Source of the DNA: Myxococcales bacterium
Lineage (GTDB): Bacteria; Myxococcota_A; UBA9042; JABWCM01; BTVJ01
Length of the DNA stretch: 64,000 bases
Assembly (NCBI GenBank): GCA_045863395.1
Contig: BTVJ01000007.1
Coordinates: 1 to 64,000 of the forward strand
Reading direction: 5' to 3'
The position numbers and the translations under genes were made by a program. Below, in pieces: positions 11,009-20,460 of this stretch (the first letter of the stretch is position 1; each line of letters begins with the position of its first letter). Below the pieces are notes generated by a model. It did not search any database and was not told the origin of the DNA. It saw only the letters and a program-made list of their open reading frames with translations.

Positions 11009-11836
11009 TCAGCCCACCTCCGTCCGGGCCCGCTCTGCCACGGCTTCGCGTAGCGCCTTCATCCAACGCCCCTGCGTCGCTTCGTCCTGCATCTCCCCCG
11101 GCCGTGCCTCCAGGATGTCATCCAGGGTGCGTACGGTGACGGTCAGCTCCTCCACCCGGCAAACGCCCAATCCCCGGCTTCCGAAGCCCCCGATGCGGAC
11201 GCCGCCGCCCTCCACCATCCGCAGGCTTGCCCGCAAGAGTCCGCGCTGCCAGTCCACCAAGTTCTCTCCCTCGATGAGCAGGGGGAAACGGGCGCCGGCG
11301 TTCACCACCTCGAAGTCGAACTTGCGCCCGCCGGAGACCCGCCCCAAGTCCCGGTCGATGGAGACCCCGTCCCGCACCTGGGCTGAACCCGCGGCGCAGG
11401 CGTCGTGAAAGCGAACATGGGCGGCGAGACCCGCGAGGCCAAAGGTGGCGCAGGCAAGGCAGGCCCTGTCGCTGACCTGCTTCCGGTGCTCCACTACGCG
11501 GCCTCGCGTCTCCTTGGTGTCGTCACCGTCTCCCATGGCGTCCGAGCCCCCCCTGAAGCACGGGGCCAGCAGCGGGTCGCAGGCGACGCGCGCAGCGTCT
11601 CCGCCTGCGTTCATCGCCAGACCGCGCAGCAGCCGCTCGGCGGCGCTCCGCAGGACTCCCTTGAGCGAGGCGCCCGGGAGCAGTGGCTTGCCATCGTGGC
11701 TCCGCAGCAGCGGCAAGTCGGTCATCGTGGACTCCATGGAGCGTCCCTGGCCGACCCGCAGCCCTGTCTCGGCGACGAGGGTCGCCTCCAGGCGGGTGAG
11801 GTCCACGAAGGCGTCGAACCACTTGAACGGCTCCAT
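11009..11836 (-). CDS. csx7: Type III RAMP Csx7/Csm3-like Cas7 backbone subunit
   Basis: TGLRVGQG..TDLPLLR (Asp at the Csm3 catalytic position), LPGASLKGVLRS, CLACATFG, RDGVSIDR, IGGFGSRGLG; start ATG 11836. Confidence 0.85.
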   Translation of the reverse strand: MEPFKWFDAFVDLTRLEATLVAETGLRVGQGRSMESTMTDLPLLRSHDGKPLLPGASLKGVLRSAAERLLRGLAMNAGGDAARVACDPLLAPCFRGGSDAMGDGDDTKETRGRVVEHRKQVSDRACLACATFGLAGLAAHVRFHDACAAGSAQVRDGVSIDRDLGRVSGGRKFDFEVVNAGARFPLLIEGENLVDWQRGLLRASLRMVEGGGVRIGGFGSRGLGVCRVEELTVTVRTLDDILEARPGEMQDEATQGRWMKALREAVAERARTEVG

Positions 11837-11837
11837 T

Positions 11838-12176
11838 TCACGCCCCCCTGCCGCGCTCGGCGGCGACCTGGAGTCGGGCGATATGGCCGAGGAGCATCGC
11901 CGCGATGTCAAGGTCGTCCTCGCCCTGGCCCTTCTCGCCGATGGCTCGCTTCAGCTCCGCCACCAGTACGTCCTTCAGGCTGGCAACTGCCTGCACTCGA
12001 CTCGCTTGATACTCCAGCGTGATCCAGAGCTCTTCGATGACCGTGGCCTCCTGGGCCGCCTTCTGCAGGTTCTTCAAGGCGGTACGGCTGTCCGCGCTCG
12101 CCAGTGCCTGCCGCCGCTTCTCGTCCGCGTAGAGCTCCCACGCCTGGACCGCCGTCCTCGCGCTCACCGTTGCCAC
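11838..12176 (-). CDS. Small subunit Cas11 (Csm2-like)
   Basis: 112 aa, helical, LEYQASR motif resembling III-D small subunits; GTG start with GGGAGG RBS; lies between csx10 and csx7. Confidence 0.65.
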   Translation of the reverse strand: MATVSARTAVQAWELYADEKRRQALASADSRTALKNLQKAAQEATVIEELWITLEYQASRVQAVASLKDVLVAELKRAIGEKGQGEDDLDIAAMLLGHIARLQVAAERGRGA

Positions 12177-12192
12177 GTCACACCTCCCGTGA

Positions 12193-13977
12193 TCATCCCA
12201 GCGCACAACTCCAGGCGCAGAGCCGCCCGAGCCCGAGCTTCGTCCCTTCGCCGACCCCTGCCGTCTCTGCCCGTACGAGCGCCGCCGTGTTCAAGGGCGC
12301 CTCGCCGTCGATGAGGAGCAGCCAGACCGCCCCCGCGCGCAGCACTGGCGTGAAGGGGCGCGGCCCGGCCGTCGTCCCCGCTCCGTCCCAACCCGACCGA
12401 ACCCCCGCCCGCGCGAAGGACCAGGCACGCACCTGGCGCCCAGGGAACAGCGTCTCCCCGAGCCAGCGACCGCTGCTTGCGGGGGTAACTTCACCCGGGA
12501 GCTGCATAGGGGTCCTGGCGACCAGCTCCAGCCAGCGCCCTTCGGGCAGGCCCAGGAGTTCGCGCACAGGCGTCGTGACCGCGGAGATCCGCTCCCCCTG
12601 GTCGGAGACCCTCTGGTCGACGTTCCTTGAGTCGAAGGTCGTCCAGTTCAGACGCACGCGCCCCAGGCCACGTCCCCGCATGCCGCCGAGGCGTATGGGG
12701 TGGCGAAGTTGAGCGAGCAGCCCACGGACCGTCGCATCGAGACCGCTGACGGTCGCCGAGAAGCGTGAGTGTGCCTCTATCTGCTCGCGGCTGAAGAGCA
12801 TCCCCTCGGCGGCGCTCCGTGTCGTCGGGTCCAGCGCCAGGCGAGTCACGATTCGCGTGTCGACGATCAACGGCGACGTCGGCCTCGATGGGTGCCGCAC
12901 GCCGCTTGCTCGCCGCAGGGTCTCCGTACACCCCTTCCGCGTGCAGCGCGCGGGCTCCGCTGGACGACCCCCGTGCGCCAGCAGCGACGGCGCGAGCGCA
13001 AGGCCCGCCGTGCGGTCCACCACGATCCGGTCGTGTACGGGGCACGCGAACAGCGTGCGTGGTGCGGGGCACCAGAGGTCGCCGTCCGACGTCGGCCACG
13101 CGTCCGAGACGGAGAGCGTCGCGAGGAGGTGCTTGAAGTCCACAGACTGCGGGTTCACGCCGCCCCGGACGAGGGCTGCCGCCAGCGCGCCCTGGATGGC
13201 CGACCCGGGGATGAAGCGGGTGGTCCCCTTGAAGTTGCCTCCGTCCGGCACGTCGCCGAAGTGCAGATCGGACTCTGCCGTGATCACGAGCACGGCTTCG
13301 CCCTCCGGGAGCGTCACCCCGTCCGGTGACACCGCCTCGGCGTCACCCAGGGTGATGGAGATTGCTCCGAGCCCACGGCTGCGACTGTTCCCGATGGCCC
13401 CGAGCAGGAGGCATGCCTGGCGGAGGAGCGTGACCTCGTCGTCCGTCAGCCAGCCGCACACGGCGCCGAGGTAGGGGCTGTCGCTCCCCGCGACCTCCCG
13501 GACGAAGAGCAGACCGTCGCTGGCGTGTCCCGTCTTTCGGTCGACGCCCACCCCATGCCGGATGCGGGACGACTCGAACCATGAGTCGGCAATCAAGTCC
13601 TCGAACCAGAGGGATCCGGGCATCTCCGCAGACGGTGTGCCCGATTCGGTTCCGGTTGCGCTCCCCTCGGAGTTCGGCTCGCCCGGACGGTCCGGCCCCG
13701 GACGACCGAAGAGCCGACACACCAGGCAGGGATTAGGGCCGCACGGCTCGTCGAACGGGAGGCACGCCTGCTTGCCCCGGCCGCGGACCAGGCGCACGGT
13801 GGCTTCTCGAAGCGCGCCCTTGAGTGCTGAGGCCGGAATGATCGGCTTGCCCCGACCACTGCGGCTCACCTCCCTCGCGGTGGAGGAGTCGAGGAAGGGG
13901 GCGGTCTCCGAGTGTCCACCAATCAGGAGGTCCCCTGTGACGTGTGCCGTCACCGGGAGTCGTCTGAAGCTTCTCAT
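12193..13977 (-). CDS. csx10: Csx10-like Cas7-Cas5 RAMP fusion
   Basis: N-terminal RAMP (IIPASALKGALRE, CLVCRLFG, RHGVGVDRKTG, IGNSRSRGLG), second RAMP region (FIPGSAIQGALA, RLGGMRGRGLG) and terminal GVGEGTKLGLG; ATG 13977 overlaps the cas10 stop. Confidence 0.8.
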   Translation of the reverse strand: MRSFRRLPVTAHVTGDLLIGGHSETAPFLDSSTAREVSRSGRGKPIIPASALKGALREATVRLVRGRGKQACLPFDEPCGPNPCLVCRLFGRPGPDRPGEPNSEGSATGTESGTPSAEMPGSLWFEDLIADSWFESSRIRHGVGVDRKTGHASDGLLFVREVAGSDSPYLGAVCGWLTDDEVTLLRQACLLLGAIGNSRSRGLGAISITLGDAEAVSPDGVTLPEGEAVLVITAESDLHFGDVPDGGNFKGTTRFIPGSAIQGALAAALVRGGVNPQSVDFKHLLATLSVSDAWPTSDGDLWCPAPRTLFACPVHDRIVVDRTAGLALAPSLLAHGGRPAEPARCTRKGCTETLRRASGVRHPSRPTSPLIVDTRIVTRLALDPTTRSAAEGMLFSREQIEAHSRFSATVSGLDATVRGLLAQLRHPIRLGGMRGRGLGRVRLNWTTFDSRNVDQRVSDQGERISAVTTPVRELLGLPEGRWLELVARTPMQLPGEVTPASSGRWLGETLFPGRQVRAWSFARAGVRSGWDGAGTTAGPRPFTPVLRAGAVWLLLIDGEAPLNTAALVRAETAGVGEGTKLGLGRLCAWSCALG

Positions 13978-15638
13978 GTCCGGCCCCCTTCGATGCGCCG
14001 GGTCGCCAACAAGTCTACCAGGTCGGGCAGGGCCGACGACCACTCCGCCTGCTCCGCCAGCCCCAGGGCCCGTTCGTCGCGGACGAGCAGAGTGTCCAAT
14101 CCAGCCCACGGTGCGCCGGGGGATGGGTAGATACCGGCGGCATCGACCCCGGCGCGCGCCAGCGTATACGCCACCGTCACAACGCCCGCGACGGGGTCCT
14201 CGTCCAGGGCCTGGCGCGCGTGGTACAGGGCGGATCGGCCCAGCTTCTCACCCTCCAGGCGGCTCCCGAGCGCACGCAGGTCGCCCAGCTCAGCCAGCGT
14301 GTAAGGCTTGCGGTACAGGCGGAAGCTCCCCTCCCGCTGCGACCCGGGAGCATTGAAGCGGCGGCTCTTGCGTCTCCTGAGACCCGTGATGGAGCCAGAC
14401 ACCAGGGAGCTGCCCGGGAAGTACTCGAAGTCGATGGCCGCGAGGGCGTCGTCGCCCACCCGCCGCTTGGCGCTCGCGACCATCTCCTTGGCCAGGTTGA
14501 ATCCTAGGCGAGCGGGTAGGTTTCGCGCGACGGCCACGCCGACCCCGAGGCCGGGCACGGGGACCTGAGCGCCGCCGATGGTCCGCCGAAGCGCGTCGCG
14601 TGTCTCTTGCCCCTGCTTCACGGCCCGGTGTGCCAGCTTCTCCGCGAGCTCCACAGGCCCGCTCCAGTCTGGCCCTCTGGCGCCAGCCCCCACCACGAGC
14701 AGCACGTCGTCGCCGCCGCTGATCACGCGCCAGACCGAGTCCGGCTCGACACCGATGGCGCGTAGCGCCTCCTCCACTCCCACGGCACCGAACATGCGGT
14801 GCAGAGTGGTGGAGAGCACGGCATAGTCCCCCAGGGTTCTGAGGCTCTGGAGGGTCTTGCCCACGCCCTTTCCGTCGATGGCGATGTAGGCGGGCCCACC
14901 GGGGAGCTCGTCGAAGGTGCGCGGGTCCTTGCCTCGGTCTCGGCGCCCGCCCTGCCGGAAGGAATCGCAGCGGTCGCAGCGCAGTACACTCTGCTCTCGG
15001 GGGATCCCGCCGCGCTCTCCGCACTCCTCGCACCGCTGGGGGGCGGGCCGCGCCTTCGCCGGTCGCGGCTGGTCCTTGCGCAGCGCCAGGGCGGCGGCAC
15101 ATTCACCGAGGAGGGCGCCGAAGCCGCCACCTCCGCCGCTGTCCACGCCGAGTTTCTCCAGGGCTGCCACCTCCGTGGCTGACCGCCCCGTCATCGGGGC
15201 TGGGCCGTGGATCAGCGCTCTCGGAGAGACGACCCGTGCCACCGCGCGTGCCTCGCCCTGCGTCTCTCGTGCGAAGAGGCGCTCCAGCTCGGCTGTCCGC
15301 TCCTCATGCCCAGCCGCGGGCCCAAGCAGCACGGACAGGCCACCACCCGAAAACAGCAGGACGTGGTCGTTGCTTGACGCCCACGTCTCGGCTCGTTGGT
15401 CCCAGCCGGCGAGCACCCGGCTCGCGCCCCGCGTAGTCGTCGGGCTCCGTGAGGCGAGCACCAGCTCCTGAATCTCAACGGCGTCGCAGAGCAACAGAGC
15501 CAGAGATTGCTCGGACGGTATAGATACCTCGTCTGTCCCCCGAAGCACTGCCGTGGCAAGCCTCTCAGCCCCCTCCACGCCGAGTCGCCCAAGGAGTGTG
15601 CCGATGTCCCGCTCGAGCTCTTCGATTCTCTTTGCCAC
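13974..15638 (-). CDS. cas10: Cas10 (type III large subunit), HD-less, Palm domains with intact GGDD
   Basis: D..IQELVLAS....RGAS (Palm1), FSGGG, Zn finger CEEC..CDRC, YIAIDGKGVG, ISGGDDVLLV; GTG start 15638 with GGGGAG RBS. Confidence 0.9.
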   Translation of the reverse strand: MAKRIEELERDIGTLLGRLGVEGAERLATAVLRGTDEVSIPSEQSLALLLCDAVEIQELVLASRSPTTTRGASRVLAGWDQRAETWASSNDHVLLFSGGGLSVLLGPAAGHEERTAELERLFARETQGEARAVARVVSPRALIHGPAPMTGRSATEVAALEKLGVDSGGGGGFGALLGECAAALALRKDQPRPAKARPAPQRCEECGERGGIPREQSVLRCDRCDSFRQGGRRDRGKDPRTFDELPGGPAYIAIDGKGVGKTLQSLRTLGDYAVLSTTLHRMFGAVGVEEALRAIGVEPDSVWRVISGGDDVLLVVGAGARGPDWSGPVELAEKLAHRAVKQGQETRDALRRTIGGAQVPVPGLGVGVAVARNLPARLGFNLAKEMVASAKRRVGDDALAAIDFEYFPGSSLVSGSITGLRRRKSRRFNAPGSQREGSFRLYRKPYTLAELGDLRALGSRLEGEKLGRSALYHARQALDEDPVAGVVTVAYTLARAGVDAAGIYPSPGAPWAGLDTLLVRDERALGLAEQAEWSSALPDLVDLLATRRIEGGRT

Positions 15639-15909
15639 GTGAGACTCCCCATCCTTTGGGTGGCGAGCGTTCGATGAAGCCACACAAGGGCCGTGCGCGT
15701 CAAGCGACTTTCGCTCATCTCGCGCTCATTCTGATCGCAGCGATGTCTTTCTGCCCCCCGCTGAGTCGGGCTGTGTGTCGCTCCGCCGGACCCGTTGACG
15801 GCCACGGGCACCGCATCGACAGCGTCGCGGTATCGAGCCAGTTTGGCGCCGGCTCTGATGGAGATTCTCCGCGTCGGAACCGGTTCAGCCGTGGCGCCCC
15901 GCGCGGCCC

Positions 15910-16524
15910 TCACGACCCCCGCGCCGCCTCCACGAACGCCCGCATCCGCGCGGCGTCCTTGACCCCCGGCGCCGACTCCACCCCGCTCGCGACGTCCACC
16001 CCGGCTGGGCGCACCGTGCGAACCGCCTCCGCGACCGTCTCCGGCGTGAGGCCGCCCGCCAGCAGCATCGTCCCCAGCCTTGCCGCCTGGCGCGCCAGGT
16101 CCTGGTCCGCCGTCCGCCCGGTCCCGCCCGCCTGTGTCGGGTGCCACGCGTCCGCCAGGAACAGGTCGCTCCCCCACTCCCGAATCCTGTCCACGTCCTC
16201 CGCGGTCCTCAGCCGGTGGGCCTTGAACCAGGGCCACGGCAGCGCCCGACACCACTCCGGCGGCTCCGAGCCGTGGAGCTGCACCAGGTCGAGATCCGCC
16301 CCCGCCATGGCGGCGCCGATGGTTTCGCGGTCCGCGTCGACGAAGACGCCCACGACTCGCACGGGGCCCGCACCCCTGGCGGCCCTGCTGATCATCCCTG
16401 CCACGGCGACGCTGACGCAGCGCGGCGACCGCGCATGGAAGTTGAGCCCGATGAGGTCTGCGCCGGCCTCCACCGCTCCCACCGCGTCCTCGGGGCGCGT
16501 GATCCCGCAGATCTTGACGAGCAT
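15910..16524 (-). CDS. trpF: Phosphoribosylanthranilate isomerase
   Basis: VKICGIT, VQLHGSE, LAGGLTPE, GVDVASGVE; start coupled to the trpC stop. Confidence 0.95.
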   Translation of the reverse strand: MLVKICGITRPEDAVGAVEAGADLIGLNFHARSPRCVSVAVAGMISRAARGAGPVRVVGVFVDADRETIGAAMAGADLDLVQLHGSEPPEWCRALPWPWFKAHRLRTAEDVDRIREWGSDLFLADAWHPTQAGGTGRTADQDLARQAARLGTMLLAGGLTPETVAEAVRTVRPAGVDVASGVESAPGVKDAARMRAFVEAARGS

Positions 16525-17309
16525 CACGCCCCGCTGAGGCTGCGCAGGAGGGCCCCGGGCGAGGGGGCTCGGACCAGGGCCTCCCCCACGAGAAACGCTC
16601 CATACCCGCACCCATGGAGGCGCTCCACGTCGGCGCGGCAGGAGATCCCGCTCTCGGTGACGCGGACGACCCCCGGCGGAAACAGGGGCGCCAGGCGCTC
16701 GCTGGTCGCGAGGGACACCTCGAAGGTCTGGAGGCTCCGGTTGTTGACGCCGACGATGCGCGCGCCTGCCGCCAGCGCCACCGCCAGCTCCTCCTCGTCG
16801 TGCACCTCGACCAGCGCCTCCATTCCCAGGGATCGCGTCGTCCCGAGCAGGTCGCCCAGCGCCGCCGGCTCCAGCGCCGCCACGATGAGCAGCACCAGGT
16901 CGGCCCCCACGGCCCGGGCCCGTTTGATCTGCCAGCTCGTGACGATGAAGTCCTTGCACAGGACGGGGACCTGGACGCACTGCCTGACCAAGGCCAGGCG
17001 GTCGAAGCTCCCGTGGAAGTAACGCTCGTCCGTCAGCACGGAGATCACCGCCGCCCCGGCCGCCTCCACCTCCCGGGCGTAGGCCACCGGGTCCAGATGG
17101 GGGGCCAGCACCCCCTTGGACGGCGAGGCCGTCTTCACCTCGGCAATGACGCGGACCCCGTCGCGCAGGAGCGCACCCAGGGCGTCACGGGGCTTGGGGG
17201 CCGCCTGGGCCAGCCGCGCGATCTCTCCCTCCGGGAGGATCGCCATCTCTCGCGCCACCTCCGCGCGCTTGTGCGCCAGGATGGCGTCGAGCCAGGCCTC
17301 GGTGCTCAT
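16524..17309 (-). CDS. trpC: Indole-3-glycerol phosphate synthase
   Basis: IAEVKTASPSKG, ISVLTDERYF, LCKDFI, VGVNNR, TESGI. Confidence 0.95.
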   Translation of the reverse strand: MSTEAWLDAILAHKRAEVAREMAILPEGEIARLAQAAPKPRDALGALLRDGVRVIAEVKTASPSKGVLAPHLDPVAYAREVEAAGAAVISVLTDERYFHGSFDRLALVRQCVQVPVLCKDFIVTSWQIKRARAVGADLVLLIVAALEPAALGDLLGTTRSLGMEALVEVHDEEELAVALAAGARIVGVNNRSLQTFEVSLATSERLAPLFPPGVVRVTESGISCRADVERLHGCGYGAFLVGEALVRAPSPGALLRSLSGA

Positions 17310-18328
17310 GGCTCCTCCTCGTTGCTCGCCTCGATCAGGCGCCTCAGGGTGCGCGCCGCCTCCCCGCCTTCGATGGCTCCGCGCGCCAGCTCCACCCCAC
17401 CCCGCAGGTCGGCCGAGGCTCCTGCGACCCAGAGCGCGGCCCCGGCGTTGAGCAGGAGCACGTCCAGCTTGGGTCCCTGCACGGTCCCCGCGAGCAGCCC
17501 GCGGATCAGCGCCGCGTTCTCCGCTGCCGTTCCTCCGGCAAGCTCCTGCGTGGATGCCCGCTCGATCCCGCCGTCCTCCGGCACGATGACGAGCTCTCGC
17601 AGAGCCCCGTCCCGCACCTCGACGGCCCACGTCTCCCCGGCCAGGGTCAGCTCGTCCAGCCCGTCGCAACCGTGCACGACCAGGGCGCGCCGCGTCCCCA
17701 GGTCGCGCAGCACCGTCGCCACGTCCCGGAGCCTCCCCCGATCATAGAGCCCCACCACCTGGCAGTCCGCGCCGGCGGGGTTCGTCAGGGGGCCCATGAG
17801 GTTGAACAGCGTCCGAAACCCGAGCACACGCCGCACCGGGGCCGCGTGCCGCATGGCCCCGTGGTGGGCGGGCGCGAACAGGAAGCCCACCCCCGCCTCC
17901 CGGATGCACCGCTCGACCCCCTCCGCCGAGAGCCCGACCCGAACCCCCAGCGCCTCCAGCACGTCGGCGCTGCCGCTCCGCGAGGAGACTGCGCGGTTGC
18001 CGTGCTTCGCCACCTTGACGTGCGTGGCCGCCACCAGGGCTGCCGCCGTCGAGATGTTGTAGGTGTTGGTCTCGTCGCCCCCGGTGCCGCAGGTGTCGAC
18101 CACCGGCCCGGCACCTGCGTCCACCCGCACCGCCCGCTCCCGCATGGCGACCACCGCGCCGCGCAGCTCGTCGGCCGTTTCACCCTTCATGCGCAGCGCC
18201 GTCAGGAGCGCCGCGATGGCCTCCGGCGCCCACAGGCCGTCCATGATCTGGCCGATGGCCCCGTGCATCACCTCGGCGCCCAGATTCTGGCGCGCCATGA
18301 CGCGCTCGATGAGCTCCCGGGCGCTCAC
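17306..18328 (-). CDS. trpD: Anthranilate phosphoribosyltransferase
   Basis: [38 protein letters not shown]. Confidence 0.97.
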   Translation of the reverse strand: MSARELIERVMARQNLGAEVMHGAIGQIMDGLWAPEAIAALLTALRMKGETADELRGAVVAMRERAVRVDAGAGPVVDTCGTGGDETNTYNISTAAALVAATHVKVAKHGNRAVSSRSGSADVLEALGVRVGLSAEGVERCIREAGVGFLFAPAHHGAMRHAAPVRRVLGFRTLFNLMGPLTNPAGADCQVVGLYDRGRLRDVATVLRDLGTRRALVVHGCDGLDELTLAGETWAVEVRDGALRELVIVPEDGGIERASTQELAGGTAAENAALIRGLLAGTVQGPKLDVLLLNAGAALWVAGASADLRGGVELARGAIEGGEAARTLRRLIEASNEEEP

Positions 18329-18912
18329 CCTCGCCCTCCCAGCGGCCCGTCCAGGAAGTTCTTCAAGAGCGTGTGGCCGTGCTCCGTCAGGATGGACTCG
18401 GGGTGGAACTGCACGCCCTCCGTCGGGTGCTCTCGGTGCCGCAACCCCATGATCACCGGCCCGTCGTCCTGCGTGGTCGCGCTCACCTCCAGGCAGCCGG
18501 GCAGCGTCTCCGGCTCGGCCACGAGCGAGTGGTAGCGTGTGGCGAGAAACGGGCTCGGGAGCCCCCGAAACAGGGTCCTCCCATCATGGCTGATCGGCGA
18601 CGTCTTGCCGTGCATGATGCGCCCGGCCCGCACGATGCGCCCGCCGAAGGCCGCCGCGATGCTCTGGTGCCCGAGGCACACCCCGAGCAGTGGAAGGCGC
18701 CCGCTGAACTTTTGTACCACCTCCAATGAGATGCCCGCCTGCTCCGGGTCGCAAGGGCCGGGGCTCACGAGGATGTGCGACGGCCCCAGCCCCTCGATCT
18801 CGTCGACGGCGATGGCGTCGTTCCTCCGCACGACCACCTCGGCGCCCAGCTCCCCGAGGTACTGCACCAGGTTCCAGGTGAACGAGTCGTAGTTGTCGAT
18901 GACCAGGATCAC
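18325..18912 (-). CDS. trpG: Anthranilate synthase component II (glutamine amidotransferase)
   Basis: [33 protein letters not shown] start overlaps the trpE stop. Confidence 0.95.
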   Translation of the reverse strand: MILVIDNYDSFTWNLVQYLGELGAEVVVRRNDAIAVDEIEGLGPSHILVSPGPCDPEQAGISLEVVQKFSGRLPLLGVCLGHQSIAAAFGGRIVRAGRIMHGKTSPISHDGRTLFRGLPSPFLATRYHSLVAEPETLPGCLEVSATTQDDGPVIMGLRHREHPTEGVQFHPESILTEHGHTLLKNFLDGPLGGRG

Positions 18913-20402
18913 GCGGCACCCCCGAAGGCCCTGCGCGCGGCGGCCACGGCACGCAGCACCGCGCGCGCCTTGCTGCGCGTCTCCTCGTACTCCCGCCCAG
19001 GCTCCGAGTCCCACACGATGCCCGCCCCTGCCTGCACGTGCAGCTCTCCGCCCGTCGCGACCAGGGTCCTGATGGCGATGGCCAGGTCCAGCTCCCCCGA
19101 CCACCCGACGACCCCGACGGCCCCTCCGTACACGCCCCGGCGCTCCGGCTCCAGCTCCTCGATGATCTCCATGGCCCTGACCTTCGGCGCCCCCGACAGG
19201 GTCCCGGCGGGGAAGGCCGCGCGGATTACGTCCGCCGCCCCCGTCCCCTCGCGCACGCGCCCGCTCACGTGGCTGACGAGGTGCATCACGTGGGAGTAGC
19301 GCTCAACGACCATGCGCTCGTCGACCTTCACGCTCCCCGGCACGCACACCCGTCCCACGTCGTTGCGCCCGAGGTCCACGAGCATCACGTGCTCTGCGAT
19401 CTCCTTCGGGTCGGCGCGCAGCTCCGTCTCCAACGCCGCGTCCTCCTCCACCGTCCCGCCGCGCGGCCGCGTCCCCGCGATGGGGCGCACTTCCATCACT
19501 CCCCCTCGAAGGCGCACGAGCACCTCCGGAGAGCTCCCGGCCACCGCGTCCTCGCCGAGGCGTAGGAAATAGAGGTACGGCGACGGGTTGATGGTGCGCA
19601 GCACGCGGTAGACGTCCAGCGGGTCGACCCCGCGCTGCTCCACCGTGAACCGCTGCGACAGCACCACCTGGATGATGTCTCCGGCCCCCACGTACCCACG
19701 CGCCTTCTCCACCGCCGCGCAGAACCCCTCCCGCGTGAAGGTGGACCGGACCTCCTCTTCGCCCCCGACCGCCACGTCCGGCGCGTCCAGCGCCTCCCGC
19801 GGTGCCAGCAGCCGCGCCACCGTCGCGTCCACGGTCGCGCACGCCGTGTCGAACGCCGCGTCCACGTCCGCCCCCTCGGGGACCGGCGCCGTGGCGACCA
19901 CCCTCACCGTCTGCCTGAGGTTGTCGAAGACCACCACCGCGTCCGTGAGCATGAGCACTGCGTCCGGCACGTCCGGGCCCGCCGCTGCGCGCGAGGGCAG
20001 CCGCTCCATGTGGCGCACCATGTCGTACCCAAGCGTCCCCACAGCCCCCCCGTAGAAGGGCGGGAAGCCCGGAGGCGCCGCCGGGCGGTGCGCCGTGACC
20101 CGCTCCAGCAGCACCGCCAGCGGGTCGTCGATGGTCATGGTCCGCTCCGCCCCCAGGGCCGAGACCCGCACCTCGTGGTCGCGCACGGTCCACACCTCGC
20201 GGGGCGCCGACCCCACGAAGCTGTACCGGCCCCACCGCTCGCCCCCCTCCACGCTCTCCAGCAGGAACGCGTGCCGCCCGTCGTCCAGGGCCTTCAGCGC
20301 CGCGACGGGGGTGAGCAGGTCCCCGTGCAGCTCGCGGCTGACGGGCACCAGGTCCCCCTGGCGTGCGAGGGCATGGAAGGCTTGCCGGTCCGGGTAGTAC
20401 AT
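18909..20402 (-). CDS. trpE: Anthranilate synthase component I
   Basis: [49 protein letters not shown]. Confidence 0.97.
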   Translation of the reverse strand: MYYPDRQAFHALARQGDLVPVSRELHGDLLTPVAALKALDDGRHAFLLESVEGGERWGRYSFVGSAPREVWTVRDHEVRVSALGAERTMTIDDPLAVLLERVTAHRPAAPPGFPPFYGGAVGTLGYDMVRHMERLPSRAAAGPDVPDAVLMLTDAVVVFDNLRQTVRVVATAPVPEGADVDAAFDTACATVDATVARLLAPREALDAPDVAVGGEEEVRSTFTREGFCAAVEKARGYVGAGDIIQVVLSQRFTVEQRGVDPLDVYRVLRTINPSPYLYFLRLGEDAVAGSSPEVLVRLRGGVMEVRPIAGTRPRGGTVEEDAALETELRADPKEIAEHVMLVDLGRNDVGRVCVPGSVKVDERMVVERYSHVMHLVSHVSGRVREGTGAADVIRAAFPAGTLSGAPKVRAMEIIEELEPERRGVYGGAVGVVGWSGELDLAIAIRTLVATGGELHVQAGAGIVWDSEPGREYEETRSKARAVLRAVAAARRAFGGAA

Positions 20403-20460
20403 GCTAAGTTCCAGTATTGATGGAATATTTACCCATGTCTTGCCCGGAGGCAGCGACCCG

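Noticed and set aside
15639..15909. Possible mini CRISPR array or lone repeat upstream of cas10 (hairpins CCCGT-N8-ACGGG at 15791-15808 and GAGCC...GGCTC)
   Set aside because: No second copy of any 25-40 nt unit; short GC hairpins are expected by chance at this GC content
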